This document shows, one piece after another, positions 59,601-64,000 of a DNA stretch of 64,000 bases. The notes beneath the pieces are model-generated. The model was not told the origin of the DNA and did not search any database. It worked only from the letters and a program-made list of their open reading frames with translations. The first letter of the stretch is position 1; each line of letters opens with the position of its first letter. Made by a program: the position numbers and the translations under genes. This DNA comes from an uncultured virus (IMG/VR IMGVR_UViG_2657245422_000003) (taxonomy: Duplodnaviria > Heunggongvirae > Uroviricota > Caudoviricetes): positions 1 through 64,000 of the IMG/VR virus record IMGVR_UViG_2657245422_000003; one strand, written 5' to 3'.

Positions 59601-62600
59601 AATCCCTCGTTTGAACGTGGGCTGGATGGTTACGCCGGGCGGTCAACCGCGACCAGTGTGGTGGAGGTTTCCGTTCCTCATAGCGGGACGCGGGCGCTGA
59701 AGGTTGATCCGGGGAATGTGACTCCGGGGCAATACATCCCGTTTATTCAGGGGCGAACCTATGAAATCGGGGTGTGGGTCAAGGAACCCGGAGCGACGAC
59801 GGATAATGGCGCGGGGAACAACAAGCTGCGGATCGGCAACTCTGCCGGCCAGCCGGTTTTTGAGCGTCCATACAACAGCGGTACGGTGGGGACAAACTGG
59901 ACCCTGATTTCCGGTCGCTGGAAAGCGACGGAGACAGCCAGCCTGCCGGTGACGCTGAGTAACTATCTGATTAGCGGCAGCCGCTACTTCGATGACTTTT
60001 ACGTCACTGACGTTACCGACCGGGTGGACATCGATGCCACCGCCGGCGCCGTTACCGGACTGACGAGCCGGGTCAGCACAGCGGAAGGGGCCATCACCTC
60101 ACAAAGCCAGCAGCTGACGAACCTGCAGAACAGCCTGAACACGACCAACAGCAATGTGTCGAAGAAGGCCGATGCAACGGCACTGACTTCGGTCGATAAC
60201 CGGGTGACAGAGGCGGAAGGGAAACTGACCACACAGAGCCAGCAGCTGACAAATCTGGCGAATGTGCTGACGGCCACCCGCAACGCCGGCGACAACCTGA
60301 TCCCGAACTTTGATTTTCTGCAGGGCAGCACGGCCTGGGATATCCAGTATCCTGCCGGTGTGACCTTTGGCGATTTCGGGGACGGGAAAGCGGGGGTCCG
60401 ACTGAACCGGACGACTAACACCAGTCCGGGGATCTTCTCCAACAACAACAAGCCGGTGCCGCTGAATGGCCAGCGCAAGTACCGGGTGGTGGTGAAGGCC
60501 AAAGGTGTTTCCGGCGCGATGAGTCTGCTGATCCGTCGCCAGAACAAAATCGGCCAGACGGACAGTACGTATGAGGATAAAACGGTCACGCTGACCACTG
60601 ACTGGCAAACCATCACCTGGGAAACCGGATTGACGGCTGCCGGCGCGGACGGGCAGAACTTCAAACTTTATTCTCATCCGACAAACGGTGAAATCTGGCT
60701 CGATTCCGTCCGGGTGTTTGATATCACCGATGAAACCAACATCAAGGCGACCAGCGATGCTGTTTCGTCTCTGACCGGGACGGTGACGAACCAGGGGAAC
60801 ACCCTGACATCGCAGGGGCAATCCATCACGGCGCTGAAAAACGCGCTGGAAGGGGTCAAAGGCGATGTGGCGAAGAAGGCCGATGCGTCGGCGGTCAGTT
60901 CACTGACCAACCGGGTTACCCAGACTGAAAAGGATATCCGTAGCCAGGCCGACAGCCTGACCAGCCTGAATACATCGCTGAAGCAGCAGGCGACACGGGG
61001 AGCCAACGTACTGCCGGACGGCAGTTTTGAATCCTATGCCGTCGGCGATGTTCTCAGTAATGCCCGCGCCGTTATCACCAGTGAAGCTGCGCACAGCGGG
61101 ACTAAAAGCCTGCGTGTTACGCGCAGTACGGAGTACAACCCGAACGCGACGGATAATAACGATACCCATATCTTTTCGGGCATGCAGGTTCGCGATAACG
61201 CGGTCTATTACGTGGAGGCGTGGGTTAAGTTGCCGGCTGGCTCGACCGCCGATCCGACCGTTTATATGGTGCTCGGATTTTCCTTCCAGGATTCTGCCAA
61301 TGGCTGGTCGTGGCCTGGCCTGAACGTAAAAGTCTCCGGGTTGTCGGTGGACAACTGGACAAAAGTCAGTGGCTATCTGACCAACAACCGAACCGCGCTG
61401 AAACAGGCAATGGTGAGGATCTCCATCCCGAACACACCAAAAGTTCGCCTGGGTGACGCCTTCCTGATTGATGATCTGATCATCACTGACGTGACCGATG
61501 CGAAAGCGGCGCTCGATGCCGCCGATGCGAATGCGCAGGCGCTTTCCAGTCTGTCCGCGTCAGTCACGCAGAACGGGAAGAATATTACGTCTCAGGGCAG
61601 CGCGATCACGAAACTGCAGTCAGATGTGACGCAACTAGGAAAGGATATCAGCGGCAAGGCCGATGCCAGAGCGCTGACGAATCTGACGACTCGCGTGACG
61701 GCTACCGAAGGCAGCCTGAGATCGCAGGGAGACAGCCTGACCAGCCTGCAGAACAGCCTGAACACGACCAACAGCAATGTGGCGAAGAAGGCTGATGCAA
61801 CGGCGCTGCAGAGCCTGCAGAATACCGTTGAACAGCATGGCAGGGATCTGACCACGCAAAGCAGCGCGCTGACGAACCTGGAAAACAACTTTTCCTCCCT
61901 GGCCGTGGGCGGGACCAACCTTATCCGCAATGCGGACACACTGGAGGGATGGAGCAGCCGCCACGCCACAGAGACCTATCTGGGCGACCGCGTGGCCTAC
62001 ACCCGGCTGGCGAAAGGTGCATCCGGTTTTACCCAACTGGATGAACAGACGCTGGAAGTTACCGGGCGTACGGAATTTGTATTCAGCTTCTATGCGAAAG
62101 GGGCTTATGACGGGCAGGAGATGGCGAGTTATTTCTATAACCCATCGAACACCACCACCACGGAAACCAGCCAGGGCGTTAAAGGCGGGGCCGGTGACGG
62201 CAAGGCGGTCACGAAACTGACCACCGCATGGGCGCGTTACTGGGTGAAATGGGTTATTCCTGCCACCAGTGGCACCAAACGGCTGATTGCCGCGCGTCTG
62301 GAAAGCGCGACGTCTGCCGACAAAGAAGTCTGGCTCTGCCGCCCTCAGCTGGAAACCGGGACCGTGCTGACCGACTGGTCACCGAGTCCGGATGATGCGG
62401 CCAGCGGTATTACCGCGAACACATCGGCCATTAATAGCCTCACCAGTCGGGTGACGAACGCCGAGGGGCAACTGACCGCGCAGTCTCAGAGCATCACGAA
62501 TCTGCAGAACAGCCTGAACACCACCAACAACAACGTGGCACAAAAGGCCAGCGCGCAGTCGGTGAGTGATCTCACCAGCCGGGTCACCAGTGCGGAAGGC

Positions 62601-64000
62601 AAAATCACCGCCCAGGGGCAGGCTATCACGAAGCTGCAGGGCGATTTGAGCAGCACCACCGATAAGGTCAACACCAAAGCGGATCAGACGGCGCTTAACG
62701 CGCTGACTGGCCGGGTGGAGAAAACCGAGGCAGGCCTCACGGCAGCCAACAGCAACATTGTCAGCCTGACGGCAGCGGTGAACGCCGGGAATGCTGCCGG
62801 GGATGATTACATTCCAAACCCGTCATTTGATCCGGCGTATGACCGCATGGGTTATGACGTGGTGGAGACCACCGCCGATGGTGTGCCGGCTGACTGCCCG
62901 TTCAGGTATGCCGTCCGGCTGGCCGGGCGAGACCATGTGCCAAAAATCAACAATATCGCCGTGACGCCGGGCGACGTTTTCGAAATGTCTGCTCTGGTAG
63001 CGTGTGGTACCGGCAGCGCTGACTTTAACTTCTATATCGGTCGGGCCACCACCGCCACCGGTGGTATCGGAGCGAAAGCGTCCGGGGGCAACACCAGGAC
63101 CACCACCGCGTGGAAACGAGCCACCTGGCGCTTTACGGTGCCATCCGATACCAGCTTGCTGCGGCCGTTCCTGCAGGTTAATCAGAGCAGCCCGTTCGGC
63201 ACCGTCTGGTACGCTGCCGACTGGCATATGCGTAACGTGACGGCAGCGAACAGTGCGCAGAAAACCGCAGATGCGACCGCAAAAGCGGTGGATTCACTGA
63301 CCACCACGGTTAGCCAGCAGGGCGATACGCTCAGCAGCATCGGCACGCGGACCACCTCGCTGGAGAACAGCCTCCGGTCGACAAACGATACGGTGAGTAA
63401 AAAGGCTGACACGACAGCGGTGACGCAGCTGCAGGGCACGGTGACGCAGCAGGGGAATGACATCGCGGCAGCTAACAGCGCGCTGACAAAACTCAGCAGC
63501 GATCTGGCCACGACGAATGCGAACGTGAACAAAAAAGCGGATGCAAGCGCGATGAACACCCTGCAGAACCAGGTCACGGAGCAGGGCAAAACACTCAGTG
63601 CGCAGGGGGATTCTCTGACGCAACTGAGTAACAGCCTGAGCCAGACGGCAGCGGATATTGACGCCAGCGGGAAAATGCCGGGCAACCTCATTGTCAACGG
63701 CAGTTTTGAGCGCGGCGCGGCGGGCTTTACCGGCTGGAGCAGTACCGCGACGGTGGCCGATTTACAGGTTCCGCACTCGGGTAACAAGGCGCTGAAAATG
63801 TCCGCCGGCCAGTCGAACCTGGTCGGACAGGAAATCAGTATCACGCAGGGCCGTACCTACCGCATGGGGGTATGGGCGAAGCAGGACCCGGGGACCACGA
63901 TTAAAGATGCGGGTAACACGAAGTTTCGTGTGGCCGACAGCACTGGCCTGCTGGTTGGCTCAAACTACGGACCGTTTAGTTCTGGCTGGCAACTGGTAAC
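53679..64000 (+). CDS. Giant gpJ-like central tail fibre, >3400 aa, 3'-truncated by window
   Basis: Starts MANNIIKGRKGGGSK...LALGEGE; WTDNPAW motif; missing from the ORF track, consistent with no in-frame stop; same frame reads SNYGPFSSGWQLV at the window end. Confidence 0.88.
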   Translation, partial: MANNIIKGRKGGGSKQRTPTEQPDDLQSVAKAKILLALGEGEFAGGLTGKDIYLDGTPLENADGSQNFSGVSWEFRPGTQAQTYIQGIPGTENEISVGTEVSSKTAWTHTFTNTQLSAVRVRLKWPSLMKQEDDGDVVGNTVKYAIDLQTDGGTWQTVLETAVTGKTTSGYERSHRIDLPHAGSTWTLRLRKISPDANSVKVGDVMTLQSYTEVIDAKLRYPNTALLYIEFDSSQFNGSIPQISCEPRGRVIRVPDNYNPETREYTGVWTGGFKWAWTDNPAWIYYDIVTADRFGLGNRLSSANISKWTLYQIAQYCDQLVPDGRGGDGMEPRYTCNVYVQERNDAYTVLRDFAAIFRGMTCWNGEQIVVQADMPRDVDFTYTRANIVGKPRYSSSSSQVRYTNALISWSDPDNAYADAMEPAFIPELVSRYSFNQLEMTAIGCTRQSEAHRKGLWGILTNNKDRVVEFDVGLDGRIPQPGYIIALADELLAGRVNGGRISAVNGRVITLDRDVDAKPGDRLQLNLPSGISQSRTIQAVNGRRQITVTTAYSETPERECVWAIESDDLFLQQYRVTGVKENSDATLTITGVAHDPDKFPRIDTGAIIDQRPVSVLPAGNQSPPDDIVITSRSVVNQGISVETMQVNWSAVSGAIAYEAQWRRNDGNWINVPRSSTTSFEVSGIYAGRYLVRVRAINAAEISSGWAYSEEKTLTGKVGEPLAPLALATRSLVHGVQVSWEFPTGSGDTLRTELQYSKNQDGSAPMPLSDVAYPGKSYQQMGLSMGAEFWYRARLVDRLGNESPWTGWVQGMASDNFDDYYENLTDAIKDTAAWEETQRTISETQEGIRNTQQELEQTAEALRKEAEDQAKQVSQDIEASAKSITADVDGKISAVNKTITDEITSVNEALDSGLAQANKGVQEAKSAVADANKQIATVNKSLTDSITQVRQSVTDTAAEINATIDLEIARVNKTLADGDAALNAQIKTAENGLKQSLSQVNTTLTSAVKQETADRIADVNAKAAQAADELLAATQGIEASIESLTQVMKTADENLAREMSSLAAGANIQFDSQVIWHFNNQTTEGWTGSAGVPGVSQDGWLRPADSATDPYITSPGGLAVDGAAYRFIMLRFRKTGKPVWAGEIRWVSAGENFNNTKRYIVAEPEYADGVATLTVRDIPWTGNIDRIRLDLTNQQDASNFIEFDWIAVGRPAPGASTAALQDVRSTLSNALTAEAQARSTLAAQMRGSYDGSDLEKVTSGLLYQEKTARVTAISAEVKARESLQTQFNDNKAAVSGELSSLTTEQSAQASRIGGLETSLGKKADAAALTSLTQKVEQQGATLTSQGAALTSLTNRVGQTETGLAGTNEALSGLQSVVTRQGDRITSQGQSITKLTSDLGTTNAALAKKAEAAAVTALTQQVEQNGQDIRSNTDSITSLSNQLVNGQPNRWSRRLYPVQLANAGTVPSFSDIRAVAPTVVDEVADAAKLDFTSAGSYLIAQYSCQVKVAADTTITLAPGARVFDDTGAIFVNGVQVAWGNASWNTVSFELKGGWNTVEFLVNQWTGQAYINLGLKLSDKVAEMYSGLGVSALANAAGVLSSNVSQIGNEVVSNSQSITQLRNALTQTDVNVASKADQTAMNSLTGRVEKTESGLTAANANITSLKSAVRAGNASGGDLIPNPTFDPAYDQMGFSVVSTTAEEVPPGCPYGYAARIASRDHHPEFAAFPATLNDVIEISALVACGAGTANFNLYVGTAVRPDTSTGAPLMAGGGKSPSATWQRTTWRFKVTQAMVDRGYIRPFLQISQNSPYGTVWFVTDWHMRNVTAAQKVQDTADATAAAVDSLTTTVTQQGNLLTSTGNRTTQLENGLATTNAAVAKKADATAVQNLTNTVTQLGNDLTAANSAITKLTGNLANTDKALAQKADATALATLDTKVTQQGKTLESQSNSLTNLSNSLSHVAADIDASGQIPGNLVVNPSFERGLDGYAGRSTATSVVEVSVPHSGTRALKVDPGNVTPGQYIPFIQGRTYEIGVWVKEPGATTDNGAGNNKLRIGNSAGQPVFERPYNSGTVGTNWTLISGRWKATETASLPVTLSNYLISGSRYFDDFYVTDVTDRVDIDATAGAVTGLTSRVSTAEGAITSQSQQLTNLQNSLNTTNSNVSKKADATALTSVDNRVTEAEGKLTTQSQQLTNLANVLTATRNAGDNLIPNFDFLQGSTAWDIQYPAGVTFGDFGDGKAGVRLNRTTNTSPGIFSNNNKPVPLNGQRKYRVVVKAKGVSGAMSLLIRRQNKIGQTDSTYEDKTVTLTTDWQTITWETGLTAAGADGQNFKLYSHPTNGEIWLDSVRVFDITDETNIKATSDAVSSLTGTVTNQGNTLTSQGQSITALKNALEGVKGDVAKKADASAVSSLTNRVTQTEKDIRSQADSLTSLNTSLKQQATRGANVLPDGSFESYAVGDVLSNARAVITSEAAHSGTKSLRVTRSTEYNPNATDNNDTHIFSGMQVRDNAVYYVEAWVKLPAGSTADPTVYMVLGFSFQDSANGWSWPGLNVKVSGLSVDNWTKVSGYLTNNRTALKQAMVRISIPNTPKVRLGDAFLIDDLIITDVTDAKAALDAADANAQALSSLSASVTQNGKNITSQGSAITKLQSDVTQLGKDISGKADARALTNLTTRVTATEGSLRSQGDSLTSLQNSLNTTNSNVAKKADATALQSLQNTVEQHGRDLTTQSSALTNLENNFSSLAVGGTNLIRNADTLEGWSSRHATETYLGDRVAYTRLAKGASGFTQLDEQTLEVTGRTEFVFSFYAKGAYDGQEMASYFYNPSNTTTTETSQGVKGGAGDGKAVTKLTTAWARYWVKWVIPATSGTKRLIAARLESATSADKEVWLCRPQLETGTVLTDWSPSPDDAASGITANTSAINSLTSRVTNAEGQLTAQSQSITNLQNSLNTTNNNVAQKASAQSVSDLTSRVTSAEGKITAQGQAITKLQGDLSSTTDKVNTKADQTALNALTGRVEKTEAGLTAANSNIVSLTAAVNAGNAAGDDYIPNPSFDPAYDRMGYDVVETTADGVPADCPFRYAVRLAGRDHVPKINNIAVTPGDVFEMSALVACGTGSADFNFYIGRATTATGGIGAKASGGNTRTTTAWKRATWRFTVPSDTSLLRPFLQVNQSSPFGTVWYAADWHMRNVTAANSAQKTADATAKAVDSLTTTVSQQGDTLSSIGTRTTSLENSLRSTNDTVSKKADTTAVTQLQGTVTQQGNDIAAANSALTKLSSDLATTNANVNKKADASAMNTLQNQVTEQGKTLSAQGDSLTQLSNSLSQTAADIDASGKMPGNLIVNGSFERGAAGFTGWSSTATVADLQVPHSGNKALKMSAGQSNLVGQEISITQGRTYRMGVWAKQDPGTTIKDAGNTKFRVADSTGLLVGSNYGPFSSGWQLV

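Larger units (their letters stand above)
1..64000. mobile_element. Lambdoid temperate prophage (partial; att ends outside the window) carrying an embedded satellite
   Basis: Canonical order int-xis-exo-cI/cro/cII-rep-Q-lysis-HNH-terS-terL-portal-protease-capsid-tail-TMP-M/L/K/I/J. Confidence 0.97.

Noticed and set aside
53817..63844. Many antisense and alternate-frame ORFs in the tail fibre region (also within TMP, capsid and portal genes)
   Set aside because: Shadows of long GC-rich coding frames.

Overview
The window is most of a lambdoid, cos-type temperate prophage of an enterobacterium (probably Klebsiella-like; host is inferred, not shown). It runs from the integrase (1-1128) through recombination, immunity, replication, an SOS/Q region, lysis, head and tail genes to a very large central tail fibre gene still open at base 64000. 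Two things stand out. (1) A ~15.6-kb capsid-forming PICI-like satellite (int, two alpA, icd, primase-helicase, its own capsid/portal/terminase, no tail genes) is inserted in the helper's terL at the Walker B codons. It is bounded by a 19-bp imperfect direct repeat and paired arm-type sites; precise excision would rebuild a 573-aa TerL. (2) Between the replication genes and dinI lie three AT-rich, defence-like genes (STAND-like ATPase with HEPN-like tail, HEPN-like protein, DUF3800-like protein). Each is bounded by copies of a ~29-bp hairpin (GTCCGCT-N10-AGCGGAC consensus) that occur as inverted pairs 42 bp apart, and one gene carries a Vibrio-type integron attC although no IntI is present. All family calls come from motif recognition and gene order; no database search was run.
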